A model generated the notes under the pieces. It was not told where the DNA came from, ran no database searches, and saw only the letters and a program-made list of their open reading frames with translations. From Paecilomyces variotii (taxonomy: Eukaryota), in assembly GCA_004022145.1 (NCBI GenBank), contig RCNU01000001.1: DNA of 64,000 bases; one strand, written 5' to 3'. How positions within the stretch are numbered: position 1 is the first letter of the stretch; every line of letters begins with the position of its first letter. Both the position numbers and the translations under genes were made by a program. Of the stretch, positions 1-13,729 are shown one piece after another.

Positions 1-896
1 CAGTGTGAAAAGGATGGGCTGGAGCCGTATTATATGACCCTGACCATGGGAACGACGAGCAGCTGCGCAGTGGACCGTTTCGCCGAGCTCAAGGCGGTCC
101 TGAAGGAAAAGGAATCATGGCAGAGAATATGGGTGCATATCGACGCTGCCTATGCGGGAGCGGCTTTGGTGGCCGACGAGTATCAGCAGATCGCGCAGGA
201 GTGGGCCGAAGGAATCGACAGTTTCGAAATGAACATGCACAAATGGCTCCTGGTCAATTTTGACGCTGGGTGAGTTCAAAATATCGATTCCATGTGAAAC
301 GGGACTAACTGAGTCTCTTCAGGTGCTGCTTCGTCCGCAACCGCTTGGATCTGACAACCTCCTTGGATATCACGCCGGCCTACCTGCGCAACCCTTATTC
401 AGAAAGAGGATCGGTGATCGACTACCGGAACTGGCAAATTCCCCTGGGTCGGCGGTTTCGTGCATTGAAGATCTGGTTCGTCATGCGCAGCTACGGATTG
501 GTTGGCCTGAAGAACCACATCAGGAAATGCGTGTCCATTGGAGACGTCTTCACAGACTTGGTTCGCAGCCGGCCAGACCTCTTCGAGATCATCACCAAGC
601 CTGCCTTTGCGCTCACGGTGTTGCGCGTCCGCAACCCCAAGGCAGTGACAGCCAACGGCACGGCCCACACCGTTGCTCAGCCCGACGAACTCTCTCACGA
701 TCTGACGAAAGAAGTCTACGAGCGGATTAATGCAGCGGGTGAAATCTTCATCACTTCTAGCGTTATTGCCGGTATATACGTGATCCGCGTTGTTGGTGCC
801 AGCCCGACTGTCGAGGAGAAGCACCTTCGACGGGCTTTCGACATTCTGGTCACGACCACGGAGTCGGTCCTCAAACAGAAAATGGAGAAAGCATGA
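1..896 (+). CDS. PLP-dependent aromatic L-amino-acid decarboxylase (group II), 3' part; 5' end lies outside the window
   Basis: WVHIDAAYAG and PLP-lysine motif NMHKW; intron 270-322 (GTGAGT...CTAAC...CAG) joins in frame to GCCFVRNR; DYRNWQIPLGRRFRALKIWFV is typical of DDC/TDC; stop at 896. Confidence 0.9.
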
Positions 897-1098
897 TCAG
901 CTCCCTCTGGGGCTGAATTCTCGATGGGTATTCTATAGATATGCGATTTCTTTTTGCTTTTTTATTTCATGTAAATCGACGCCAGCGATGTACAGTTACG
1001 ATCTCCTCTCCGATGTCAGAAGAGACATGGATACGATATAGACAGACCAGTTATGGGCACATATCTCTTGATTCTCCATTCTTCTTAGAAGATCTTCA

Positions 1099-1101
<3 letters not shown>

Positions 1102-1137
<36 letters not shown>
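1102..1137. repeat. poly(T) tract, 36 nt
   Basis: Uninterrupted T run read directly. Confidence 0.95.
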
Positions 1138-1879
1138 CATTGAAACATGTTGTAGCATCCTACTCTGGAGCAATATCAGAGATCCACCATGATTTCCACT
1201 CTAGGCAAGACAATGTCTATCTCCCAGAACTACTTAACTGGCGGGGAACTTCATCCGGCCGGTGATTTGTGATGTCATACTGTAGAAAGGGTGTACAGAA
1301 CAAGCCTGTTGACAATCTTGTCTGTGCACATCTTACATTTATGAACTGGATCTGGACTCTTGAAGCCTCATGTGGTGGTCTTTCTCTCTCCCTCGAGACA
1401 TCTGTCTTATAGCACGTGATCCTGTCACACTGTGGCCAGAGATTTCTTTGTTGGAAAATCTCTCAGTCGGGCGCAGTGATCAATCCATCTCAGAGCAGTG
1501 CTGTCTATCGACCTGGCCGCGATAGAGCCTGCAAAATGACAGACACATTTGTCCATCTTGTCTCGCCGGATCGATCGTGATTCTTAAGATACAAGCCACC
1601 ATCCCCCCGCCAAGTGCCTGAACCATCGTCTCGAACTCCGCAAACATGTCCCTGTGGCGGGATCCGCCGTGGGGCATTGGAAACTCCAGACAACACGCTC
1701 TATTTGGCGGATTAGCAAGTCCGGCCAACGCGAACCCTCTAGGGCCAGCAATGCCATGCGAAACGTCATCTGGGGGAGTCTCGTACGGGAGCCTGTCGGA
1801 TCCCCTGACCCTCTTGGATTCAACCACTACCTCGAGCACCACGACTCCCGCTCTGCACCTGCATATCAGCCACGAGACT

Positions 1880-2977
1880 ATGCCCGGACATCTTGGTCAG
1901 AAGATCTTGAAGACCTTTGGTCTGGACGAACCGAAGCCGCGCGAGGCGACGCCTACTGGAGATGTGCCCGGCAGGGCAGACGTCCACCACCAGGACGAGC
2001 GCATCCTCTCCGAGTTCGCTAATAACGGGACCTATCCGCGCCTCGCTCGCCTGTCGGATGGCTCCATCTTGTCCGCGACGACACGCCGCGAAGGGCCCCA
2101 GCGTGTGCTCCAAGTCTCCAAGAGCACCGACGGTGGCCATCGTTTCTTTACCTGGGGTGAGGTGACACGCGGACATGGCGACGTCGACAATCTATACCTG
2201 CTCGAGGTCGCGCCCAACAAGGTGCTGGCCGCCTTTCGCAACCACGACTTGGGTCCCCATGGCCCTACGCACTTCCGCATTACCGTCTGCCAGTCCACCG
2301 ATGGTGGCAAGAGCTGGTCCTATCTCAGCCAGGCTGCTGAGAAGGCAGCTCCGTTTGGGCTCTGGGAACCGTTTATGCGCCTTGGACGCGGGGGCGAGGT
2401 GCAGATGACGTTTTCTCAAGAATTTGCTCCCGAAGACCAGGACACCATGCTCGTGGTCTCCCACGACCAAGGCAAGACTTGGTCCAAGCCCGTCGTCGTA
2501 GCCGGCGCCGACGAGAGGCTCCGGGACGGAATGACAGGCATCGCCGATACCAGAGACAACGGGCAGGATGCTCTCGTCATGGTCTTCGAGACAACCAGAT
2601 ACGGAACGTTCTGTATTGAAGCTGTTATCTCGTATGATGATGGTGTCAGCTGGCAGCGTCGTCAACCAGTCTATATCCCTCCTCGTGGGCGCAACGCAGG
2701 CTCCCCACAGATTGCTTCTTTTGCAGATGGCTCTCTGGCCGTCGTGTTCATGACCGACGAGGAGGTCCAACACTGCCACTGGCCGGGCCGAGCAGCTGTC
2801 AAGGCAGTCTTCTCAGGGCCACCGCAGCATGGAAAGCTGCACTGGACTCCACCGACCCTCGTCGGCCCAGAGGCCAGCGTGTGGCCGGGCATCATGGCCA
2901 TTGACGAAAAATCCGTCCTGGCTACTTACGACCATGGCGGACCGCGAGGTAAACTGATCACTTGGCACGCAAAATAA
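1880..2977 (+). CDS. BNR/Asp-box beta-propeller protein (sialidase/GH93 arabinanase-like)
   Basis: Intronless ORF with GTYPRLARLSDGSIL and four Asp-boxes (STDGGHRF, STDGGKSW, SHDQGKTW, SYDDGVSW); start is ATG 1880 or the upstream in-frame ATG 1646. Confidence 0.8.
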   Translation: MPGHLGQKILKTFGLDEPKPREATPTGDVPGRADVHHQDERILSEFANNGTYPRLARLSDGSILSATTRREGPQRVLQVSKSTDGGHRFFTWGEVTRGHGDVDNLYLLEVAPNKVLAAFRNHDLGPHGPTHFRITVCQSTDGGKSWSYLSQAAEKAAPFGLWEPFMRLGRGGEVQMTFSQEFAPEDQDTMLVVSHDQGKTWSKPVVVAGADERLRDGMTGIADTRDNGQDALVMVFETTRYGTFCIEAVISYDDGVSWQRRQPVYIPPRGRNAGSPQIASFADGSLAVVFMTDEEVQHCHWPGRAAVKAVFSGPPQHGKLHWTPPTLVGPEASVWPGIMAIDEKSVLATYDHGGPRGKLITWHAK

Positions 2978-3704
2978 TTGACTCTCGGAGCGTTTTTACC
3001 TATTTTGACGTCGTCTCGACCCGTTTTCTTTTCACTCTAGTGAATGTCCTTGATGGACTTACTATGAGTGTTCTTTCGGTTCGTATGAAGCTCTCATGCA
3101 CCTAGGTATGCCGTTACCTAGTCTTAGCTCGGCCTGTCCTAAGTTTTTTTTTTTACCCTACTGTCCGGGTGAACTACGAAAAAAAATCCTCCTCAAAGGT
3201 CATAAAAATAGTAGCCTTGATGCCTGAGTAGATGTTGCTCTGTAGCCTACGTGAAATTTCTAATTAGTCACGACTATCGGATGACATATCTAAGCTTTCC
3301 TTTCCAGTATACAAAATCGGGCACTGTACAGGAATGTTCTAACAATTGCATACGCTTGAGATTCTGACTACCCGAGTAAGAATTCCGCGCGCAAGGGGGC
3401 TGCTTACTTGATTCATATTTTTCATTAATAATAATTTAATCTCCACTGTAAGCAGCAGTGCTGCAGCTAGTTACTTACCTCGTATTTGTGCCGTCTTTCG
3501 CTCACCGCACTAGGATAAGATGCAACTGGAGTAGTGGGTCCTTGTGTTTAACTTGATCCCTTCGATATATGCAAGATTCTAGCCAGCTTTAATTATTAAT
3601 AGACCATTGAGTTCCTATTATCATATCTGATCAGATCTACGATTGAGTTCCCTTCTAGTTTCCCCGGATACTTAGATCAGCGCTATACGGATACTTCAAC
3701 GACC

Positions 3705-4549
3705 ATGACTGCCGAGATCGGTAATGTCACTGACTCCGCCAACGCGCCAAAAAGTACCGTCACGTCTTCATCTACCCTTCGCGTGGAACATGCCACAGTC
3801 TCTGACGTCGAAGAACTGACCGATATCTGGTATGCTTCCTTCGGGTCCAGTCTCGGAAATATGTTCCCTGACACGCCCGCGGTGCGCCAATGGTGGAACG
3901 ACGCCCACCGGGACGATATCCTGAACAAGCCTTTCCAGCACTACCTGAAGGTCATCGATACAGCTAGTGACGGGAAGATTATCGCGTACGCAAAGTGGGA
4001 TTTATCCGTGCCTGCGGAGAGAGGTAGTCGGTTCCCACCATGGCATGAGGAATGCGACAAGGAGCTGTGTAGTCGGCTCTTCGACACTCTGGAAACTGAG
4101 CGGGAGAGACTGTTGGGTGGGAAGAAGAATTATTGTATGTTTTTTTTTTTTCTTTGCCCTTTTTCGTTTTCATTGGTATTTCCTTTAGTTGATTATATTA
4201 TAGTTATTGGTGATGGACAAAACCCAGTTAGTTAGTTGGATAACCCAGTCTGAAGGAAGAAGGTGGGAAGAGATCGATCGATCGATTATTATTACTAACG
4301 CAGTAAACAGATCTCGATATGCTAGCCACGCGCCCAGAACATGAACGAAGAGGCGCAGGCTCAATGCTAGTTCAGTGGGGATGTGATATCGCCGATGAAA
4401 ATGGAGTACCTGCGTATATCGACGCGAGCAAAGCTGGTGCCCCACTCTACAAGAAGTTTGGTTTTGAAGATAGAACCGAGCCAGGGCTTGGCTTTCCAGG
4501 TATAGCATCGATGGTTCGGGAACCTAGGGCTCGAAATCAGGAGAAATGA
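3705..4549 (+). CDS. GNAT-family N-acetyltransferase
   Basis: Two exons, intron 4135-4310; acetyl-CoA motif LATRPEHERRGAGSMLV and LYKKFGF. Confidence 0.88.
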
Positions 4550-7424
4550 GAGCCGTGGCTATTGTTTTATACCCTAGGGAAATCAGTCCTATCTAGTGTC
4601 ATCATGGATGTCCGCCATGATCGGCAGACTTGAGAAAAAGTAATGGGGGGTTTACTGTATCTGAGAGATAATATCAGATATTGTTAAACAGCGTTGATAT
4701 TGCATACGGTAGCTTCGACTAGGAATTGGATAGTTGCTAACGAACCATGGTGACGGAGAAATTTCGGGGCCAATGAAGAAGTGGATAGTCCAATCCAACA
4801 ATACAAACCGTCATTAACAATTGATGTGCATTCCAATTGCTAGTTTCCTCATGGAATAGTCATTTGTGTCTTTATTTACATGAAATAATAGTATTTGGAA
4901 AGGGATATTTAATTTATGCGATAGGGGCAAGTGTTTCCAGCCGGACAAGGATGCCATGACTGAACCCGTGCTCCGCCAAGCTTCCTTCTTCTCACATATT
5001 TGACTATACTACTACTGTATGATCATCAGACCAGTGTAGCTTTTGCTGAACATAATCATCGTCGTCATCATCATCATCATAATAGCGCAGCCTCATCTAG
5101 AATATCAGAGACACAGTGCCGGGATAAGGAATTGCTCCGTCCAGTCACAACCTGCAGGCTGGGTCATGTGCGACGCGAGATATTCACACAGCAATATTTT
5201 TCGCCTTGGTAATACGTTGATCTTTACTGGAGAACAAGATGAATGCTGACCGTCATGTCTCTAGAAATCCCTCATGGGGCTCTGAGGGAAGAGACGAGCC
5301 CCCTCAATTGATGGGCAAACGGCGAAAAGGGCACTGCATGATAGCCAACAACGCCATGATCTCATTGAGGCACGTTCATCTGCAGCGTCGCTCGATTAAA
5401 TGCATCCTTGAGCTAGACTATCGGCCGAGATGCTTGGCTCTAATAATAATGAGATGGGCTGCATGTTGTTCCACGCGCTTCTGTGCTTTTGCTAACCGGC
5501 TACAGAAACGACGTATAGAACCGACTACAGAACCAACATACGGAGTACTGCATACAGTGCATCTCAGACGGACCACTAACAAGCCGGAAATAGCTTTCAT
5601 TACCAAGCCCTATTACTTGGCATCCATTCGATACCAGATTCCGCCTAATACAGTAGTACCCCACGGCTGGAAATACGTACCAGGCTCATAAGCGTTTATT
5701 TTTGCTGCTCAGGAATAAAGTCGAAAGTGAGTGATGTACGCCGAGACCAGTGGTAGTCTTTAGCGGCGGTTAGAGTAGACTAACTATCCCGCTTCCCTGA
5801 AGAAGCGGAGAAATTCAACAGTCCACTGTACCGGAAGCAAGTGGTTTCACTCTCTTCGTTGCTAGCAACGCTCTCGTTGGATTAATTAATTCGCGGATTC
5901 CATCACGCGCATCCTTTCCTCCGGAATCTAGATAATCTGGTCGCCTTTTCTGCGCCTCTTGTGGTATGATCCGCGGATGCCCGGTGTTGAATTGACCGCC
6001 AGCCGCTCCTTTGCAGGGATATCTCCAGGAACCGTGTTTATCGAAGAGCCTGGCTATATGCAGTGGTCCACCAATAGCAGCATTTGCATATTATACCACA
6101 GAAACCAAGCGTCTCAGGATTCAGCGGCAGAAGCTTGAGGTATAGCGGTCGACGTGCAATATCCACAAGAAGCAGCTCCCAGATGGTATGTGGCCGCTAT
6201 GTCTTCATTATTGCGAGTTTTGCCATCGAACCAGCGAAGATTAAAACAGAGCCAAGACCAGTGGTGGAATACATACGTGTTGATAATTGCCACTAACGTC
6301 TTGGTATCGGCAACGAAGCATGGTGTCGTCAATTGTCTGTCTCTGGGTCTCGGTAGCGACGAGTCTTGGCCCGGTTGAGCTCCTGGGCTATCGCACCACC
6401 AAGTTCAACAGGGACCTGCATCAACTTGTACGCTTTCCGTATGGTTCGACTGCACTGAGGCTAGTCTATCGGAAAAACAGTTCGGAAACAGGAACAGTAA
6501 ACAAAGTGGTGCAGATCTGTCGCTGCTCCAGACTCCAGCTATTACCAAGCAGCACGGCCTCGACCGCCCCGGATCACAGATCGTTTAACTAAGCGCGATG
6601 ATCATGATACGCATTGCGGCGGTAAGGCTTTTCAATTCACCTCCCGAGAGATCACTTCCACCGGTGTCATGGAAGTTTCTTGTTAACGGTTTCGGCCCTA
6701 GTTGACCTTGTGCAATATCGCCCACTCTCCATTCAAGTTGTTCAACAGACGACTATACCGCGGATCGCCGTGTGATAGTAAATTCATTGCACATTATTGG
6801 CTGCTTACCTCTCCAGTTTAGGAGTAATTTTTCTGTCTTCGATATATTCCATGCGTCCAAACACGCTGGAACTCTTTCTTCATGATTCTTGCTTTTTCCT
6901 TAGGGCCGGACACGGCTCGGAATGGCATGTACATACGGCTACATGCATTCCAAGCTTCTGCTGACGCTATTTCAGAACCCATTGGGTCACACAAGAGACG
7001 GAAGAGATGTCTAGCTGGATCTATGTGGGGACAGTGGTGTCGATTCCGTATTACTATAGGAGGCAATATTGACCAGGCCAAAAAAGAGTACTGGCCGTGA
7101 TGCTTGGCTACCATGTGGTGTATCCATTTGCACCATGTTAGCTAAGGGTGTGATCATGCAGTTCCTGTTCCTACCAAGAGAAATTATTGGCGACTTAGAG
7201 TGGCCCTATCTCCATCGCGGTCACCCGTGTGGTCCCCTGCGGATCAGTTGAGTTCTTCAGGCCCATCTACAGATGGCTGTTCGGCCTGTATCTCTATACC
7301 GTCTCTCCGGGGCGCGGCTACCAGTCTTTATAAACGAGTACCTTCCCCATCCTCATGAAGACCTTGTGCTCAAGCTCTGCTTCCTATCCTTCTGACGGCC
7401 TTATATGCTATGAAGCCTGACAAG

Positions 7425-9921
7425 ATGCGTTCAATTGGACTCTTGCTGGCTCTCGTCGGCACTGCGCGTGCAGCATGTCCTGTCATGACAGGCGAGCTTC
7501 CAGCTTCCTTTGCTAACAACCCTCATGGCCTTCAACGTCGTGATGAAGAGAGTGCATCTGTAGAGACTGAGCAGTTCCTGTCCCAGTTCTACCTCAATGA
7601 CAGCAACACCTACATGACCTCGGACGTTGGAGGTCCCATCTCCGACCAGACCAGTCTGAAGGCTGGCCAAAGAGGTTCCACCCTGCTTGAGGACTTTATC
7701 TTCCGCCAGAAGATCCAACACTTCGACCATGAGCGTGTAAGAACAGCCCATTGGACTTTTCTTTTTACCCGTCAAGTATAACTAAATGAGCGATCTAGGT
7801 ACCTGAGCGTGCAGTCCATGCTAGAGGAGCTGGAGCTCATGGTGTTTTCACCTCGTACGGTAACTTCTCCAACATCACGGCGGCCTCCTTCCTATCTGCG
7901 GAAGGGAAAGAGACACCTGTATTCGTGCGAATCTCTACTGTGGCTGGAAGCCGAGGAAGCGTTGACACAGCCCGTGATGTACATGGCTTTGCCACCAGAT
8001 TCTACACGGATGAGGGAAACTTTGGTGGGTTCGACGCCATTGCTAACTGCACGACATATGATCTGACTGTCTTGCAGACATCGTAGGAAACAATATCCCC
8101 ATCTTCTTCATCCAGGACGCGATTCTCTTTCCCGACCTCATCCATGCGATCAAGCCCAACCCGAGCAATGAGATCCCGCAGGCAGCTACTGCTCATGATA
8201 CCGCTTGGGATTTCTTCAGCCAGCAGCCCAGCTCTCTGCACTGTTTGTTCTGGGCTATGGCTGGACATGGAATTCCCCGTTCACTCAGAACTGTCGACGG
8301 CTTTGGTATTCACACCTTCCGTTTCGTCACCGACTCCGGTGCTACCAAGCTCGTCAAGTTCCACTGGACTTCGCTCCAGGGCAGAGCCAGTTTGGTGTGG
8401 GAGGAAGCGCAAGCCACAGCAGGCAAGAACGCCGACTACCTCCGTCAGGATCTTTATGAAGCAATCGAGGCTGGGAGATACCCCGAGTGGGAGGTAAGCT
8501 TTTCACATCCTTCTAGGTATCTTCGATTGTACAAACTAACTATACGCAGTTGGGCGTCCAAATCATGGACGAAGATGACGCGTTGCGTTTCGGATTCGAT
8601 CTCCTTGATCCTACGAAGCTTGTTCCTGAGGAATATGTGCCCATCACGAAACTTGGCAAGATGCAGCTCAACCGCAACCCACTCAACTACTTTGCTGAGA
8701 CTGAACAGATCATGGTAAGTTAAGAACCGAGGACGTCATGGCTGGCTCCGGTCAACTAATGGTCTGTAGTTCCAACCTGGTCACATCGTCCGGGGTATTG
8801 ATTTCACCGAAGACCCTCTGCTGCAGGGACGTATATTCTCATACCTCGACACGCAGCTGAACCGCCATGGAGGTCCCAACTTTGAACAGCTCCCGATCAA
8901 CCGACCTCGCGTGCCAATTCACAATAACAACCGCGACGGTGCTGGTAAGATTCCTAACTCCTGTTCCTCGATAACTTCAGGCGTCCTCTAATTACATACA
9001 GCTCAAAACTTTATCCCTCTGAACCCCGCTCCTTACAGCCCTAATACTGTCAACAACGGCTACCCGCTGCAAGCCAACCAGACCGCTGGAAGAGGTTTCT
9101 TCACTGCTCCCGACCGCACTGCTAGTGGAAGACTTGTTCGAACTGTCAGTGATACTTTCGCGGATGTCTGGTCCCAGCCCCGTCTGTTCTTCAACTCCCT
9201 GGTGCCAGCGGAGCAGCAGTTCCTGATCAATGCAATCCGCTTCGAGACGTCCAATGTCAAGAGCGACGTCGTGAAGAAGAATGTCATCATCCAGCTCAAC
9301 CGTGTCAGCCACGATCTGGCCAAGAGAGTCGCCGAAGCCATTGGCGTCGAAGTTCCACAGCCTGACCCAACATACTATCACAACAACAAGACCGCCAACG
9401 TGGGCAGCTTCGGTACTCCCCTCAAGAGAATCGACAACTTCAAGGTCGGTCTCCTGGCTACGGTCAACAAGCCAGAGTCTATCTCTCAGACCTCCAGCCT
9501 GAAGGACGGCTTGGCCTCCGACGGCGTCGACCTCATAGTCGTTGCTGAGCGATTCACCGACGGCGTCGACCAGACTTACTCCGCTAGCGACGCTACCAAC
9601 TTCGACGCCATCATTGTCGCCAACGGCGCTGAGGGTCTGTTCTCTCCCAAGAGTTTCACTGGTGCGACGACCAACTACTCCACCTCCACCCTCTACCCTG
9701 CGGGAAGACCGCTCGAGATCCTGGTCGACGGCTTCCGCTTCGGCAAACCAATCGGCGCTCTGGGTAGTGGCTCTGCTGCTCTCAAGTCAGCCGCTATTGA
9801 TACTTCCCGGGCTGGCGTTTACGTCGCCAACTCGAGCAGTACTGACTTCGTTAACAACGTCAAGGATGGTCTTCGCACGTTCAAGTTTCTTGACCGGTTT
9901 GCGCTCGATAAAGAAGCGTGA
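7425..9921 (+). CDS. catB: Secreted large-subunit catalase (CatB/Cat1 type)
   Basis: Signal peptide [31 protein letters not shown] across intron 1; [12 protein letters not shown] heme-Tyr motif; C-terminal flavodoxin-like domain; several short GT-AG introns. Confidence 0.95.
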
Positions 9922-10478
9922 GTGAGTGGACGAAAATAAGAAATAAAATAAACTTTCCCCTATCCCATATTACTCTCTACAACAATAATGGTTGAATAAT
10001 GTCTAGATAGGTAGTAAAGAGATAGAAGTACACATTTTGAAGGCCTCTTGGCCACTCATTATGATTTTGTTTATCTTTACATCGAACGCTTCGTCCAAGC
10101 GAGTGGTAATTTGTTTTCTTGAAGGGACAGACAGGGTTAGGTAACCCCCGCTTGCAGTAAAACGACGCCGTCGATTTCTGTCACACACAAACTACAGCCC
10201 TACCAGGGTGGTGAGGCTACCGAATCGAGATCGACAGATACTGACCAAATCTTTTCATCCTATGAGTGAACGTAGGCAATCACATGGGCCATGCATAGAC
10301 CTTACTAATATCCCCTGTCAACGTCTCCGCATTATCTGTCTGCTCCCCTCACTGACTATAAGTATAGGATGGCTCAGAACCGTATGGGAAGTGTTGCAGT
10401 GCAGAAGCAGGCTAATGGGAATGCTTGGGCATCTCTTTCTCTATAGAGAAGTCGGAGTCTGCCCATCCATGGAACTTG

Positions 10479-10505
10479 CACACACACACACACATACACA
10501 CACAC
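10479..10505. repeat. (CA)n microsatellite
   Basis: cacacacacacacatacacacacac-type run. Confidence 0.9.
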
Positions 10506-10742
10506 TGGTTAGAACCTGGTAGTCTCGTTTGCTATCGCCAGGATGATACTCCGTATATTCCGACGAACCAAGTTGTCAGCCTCGAGAATTGGGACACTTT
10601 GTGTAACTGTGGTAGAAGCAATAGACTCCGTTGCCTGAGGATAGTATATGAAGGGGCAAAGACCCCAGATTCCTTCTAGCAAAATGTCCATCTGCATGTA
10701 TAACATTCAGACCGAATGTGTCTCTAGCGCATTATAGCAGTG

Positions 10743-12549
10743 ATGTTTTTATCAAACTGGTTATCCGGGTCTCTCCCGATCTTCGTCCTCGTTCTACTGA
10801 TAGCAGTAGCGATCGACGTTGCTTTTCGGATACTCTACAATCTTTACTGGCACCCTGCCGCAAAATTCCCTGGTCCTTGGTACTGTGCCTTGTCGTCGTT
10901 GCCGCTCTCGATAATATCTGTCTTGCGAATCGAGCCTCAATGGCTTCTGTCTCTTGCGAAGAAATATCATAGTATGTCCCTCCTTTCCCAAAAAAATTAC
11001 CTACATAGAGTACCTACGTACAAGAAGGTCGAAGCTAATAAAGACGTACCCGGGATTTTCAAGGTCAACCAATCCGCATCGCACCTTCTATGCTATTCTT
11101 TCCGAAATCGTCTGCTCTTAAATCCATCTACTGTGAGTCTGAATTGAATCAGAAGATGAGCCTATATGGAACTGGAATCTTGGGACCTCCTCACCTATTC
11201 ACTACATTGGATGGCGATACGCACCGAGCTCTGAGAAAGGCCCTTGGCGGTTCGCATTGGAATATCGGTTATCTGAAGAACCACTGGGAGTCGAGTATCG
11301 ATGAATTAATACAGCTGTTCATTGATCGGCTTGGCGAAAATGCTAAAAGAAAGGAGAAGGTTGTATTAGGCGATAGATCAGCGTAAGATCCTCTTCCACT
11401 GACGAAGCCCTGCTGGACGTCAGCTAAAACAAAACGTTTCTAGATGGTTTTCGGCTGATGTCATGACCATGCTCTCTTTCGGTGAGCCATGGGGCTTCGT
11501 GAAAAATAATCGCGATGAGCGAGGTATTCTCAAGAGTTGGCGACAGGGACTTGACTTGTTTGGGTTTGCCGGACGGTTCAAGTTTTTCCAGAACTATATT
11601 ACACCCCTTCCTGGTGTTGGCGCATTATTTCTGCCGAAGACGACAGATGTTGGGGGAATGGGATGGTTGATGAACCAGGCCATCATTCAGGTCCAGACTC
11701 GGAAGCAGCAGACGGAGATGAATGCCTATGGAGGAAAGCGGGATTATATGCAATAGTACGTTCCATGACTGATATTATGCTATTAAGAAACATACTGATG
11801 ATGAAGCCACAGCTGCCTAGAGGCTCGAATAAACGGGAAACCTCTCACTGATGTGCAGAGAGTGGCCCACGTCACGTTATTGATCCAAGCCGGTGCCGAC
11901 ACAACTGGGACAGGCATTGGATCCACGTTGCGTTTTCTTGTATCGAATAAAGAAAAGATGAAGAAGGCAACCGCGCAAATAGAAGCAGCAGAACAGGCTG
12001 GGAAACTCTCTACTCCAGTGAAATACGAGGAAGTCCGTGAACACCTCCCATACGTCGTTGCTTGCGTCAAAGAGGGACTGCGACTCAACCCTCCAGCAAC
12101 GAATCTCTTTGGGCGCGTCACCCCTAAGAATGGGGCTATGATCGATGATCATTATATCCCAGCTGGCCTGGATGTCACTAGCAATGCTTATGTTGTCCAC
12201 AGAGACACGGAATTTTATGGCCCTGACGCTGAAGAGTTTCGTCCTGAGAGATGGTTGGAGAGCGAATCACCCGCTAAGCTGGATGCCAATAGCTTCGTGT
12301 TTGGCATGGGTGCCCGAATTTGTTTGGGAAAGGATATTGCTATCATGGAGAGCTACAAATTGGTCACTGAGGTACGTGGATTATTGTTGCTATTATTAAT
12401 CATCGAGACCTGGAGAGATGGTCCAGTGTTAATAGTCTTGCTAGGTTATCCGCCGTTTCGATATGGAACTCATCAATGAGGGTAAATTTGTTGTCGCTGG
12501 CGGCGTTGCCTATAACAGAGACTTCTCTGTGGCTGTGACTCGCAAATAG
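10743..12549 (+). CDS. Cytochrome P450 monooxygenase, 5 exons, apparently intact
   Basis: N-terminal TM followed by HPAAKFPGP; I-helix AGADTT, EGLR, FRPERW, heme motif FGMGARICLG; introns about 10972-11063, 11383-11443, 11756-11811 and 12372-12444 keep the frame. Confidence 0.92.
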
Positions 12550-12763
12550 TCGAATACGGACCACTTCCAACTTCGAATGAGCACCTAGGCATGTGTACAT
12601 TTCTATACCATACCATGGCTTCCATGCTTTCAGACGGTTCTTTTTGTTCCGTGACTTTGCGCGCATGCTAGGATGTAACTCGAGAGATCAGGCAGCACAC
12701 TATATTACACATCATTCCATATCTCATGTGTAGTTAGGACTTTTCTTTGGACTCAAGGTATAT

Positions 12764-12923
12764 TGTCGAATATTGAATCGCACAGAAGTAAGGTCTGACC
12801 TGAACAACCGAATTGCTTCTAGGTCTAGGGGCGATTTGAACCCGTATTTATCTCTAGCATACAAAGAACCTGCTGCAAACGGATGATTGACAGATCACCT
12901 GGCATTCGTTTTGTGCGCCAACA
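12764..12923 (-). mobile_element. LTR (about 160 bp, TGTT...GACA on the minus strand); 3' LTR of the Copia-like remnant
   Basis: On the minus strand the purine-rich tract TTAAGGGGGTG directly precedes TGTTGGCGC; ends TATTCGACA; homologous to 14020-14205. Confidence 0.75.
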
Positions 12924-12976
12924 CACCCCCTTAAGCTGGCAATCATCCGGCTAGCTCAGTGGCCTTTTTTCCAACA

Positions 12977-13729
12977 TCATTTGCAGAACTTTGGTGTTCC
13001 TCCTCGAGACCTGTTCCCACGAGAGTTTTGCTTTCCCTTCTGGGCCTTGATCAGGTTTGACGACATTTCGGAATTGAATTTGACACGCCGTTCCTCCTGA
13101 ATCAGCCGAGTAGCAACGGAGTCAAAGGTGGCTGTTGCGGCTTTGTACTCACTGTTCAGGAACACTATCATGAACGTATCCCACTTCTCGTCGAGGTTGC
13201 ATAGAAGGAACTGGGCACCTAAAGCTTCTGGCCAGGGTTCTCCAGAAAGGCTTCGCTTGATCTTCCGGATAGCAGCTTGCATCTTGTGGATATACTCCTG
13301 CACATCCTTGCATGTAGAGTAGTGGGTTCTCATGGCAGTCTTCAGTCCTTCCAGAGATTGAGCGCCGGATATAACGTCATATTCCTTTAGGTATGTCCAG
13401 ATCTCCGCTGCGTGTTCAAAGTTTCTCTTCCTGACTTCGTCAAAGATTGCTTTAGACAGGGTACGACAGATTGCATCCATTGCTTTATGGTTCTTTTGAT
13501 CCCATTCGTCCTTTTCCTTTCGCAGGGCGTTTTCCTCCTCCGTCTGACATCGAGTGCTGATGCCGGCTTGTTGTTTGTTGAAAATGTCGGGATACAGTTC
13601 AGCTGGGTCCTTCTTGGTCCCATCGACAATACGCCAAACCTCCTCGATGGTCAAATAGAACCTCAATCTGTTCCTCCAACTCCGGTAGTTATCAGCGCCT
13701 GATAATACCGGAACGTCGTAGTTCGACAT
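12977..13729 (-). mobile_element. Ty1/Copia gag-like ORF (about 250 aa), truncated at the zinc knuckle, no pol
   Basis: VPVLSGADNYRSWRNRLRFYL...WRIVDG, WDQKNHKAMDAI, AAEIWTYL and LIQEERR match the Copia gag (DUF4219/UBN2-like) pattern; ends ...PKFCK*. Confidence 0.85.

Noticed and set aside
1102-1137. poly(T) as the tail of a retroposed element
   Set aside because: No adjacent LINE/SINE body or target-site duplication seen; treated as a simple repeat
4560-7400. Several short ORFs in the 2.8-kb region upstream of catB
   Set aside because: No motifs or consistent splice structure; most likely a long regulatory region with a (CAT)n microsatellite near 5051-5080
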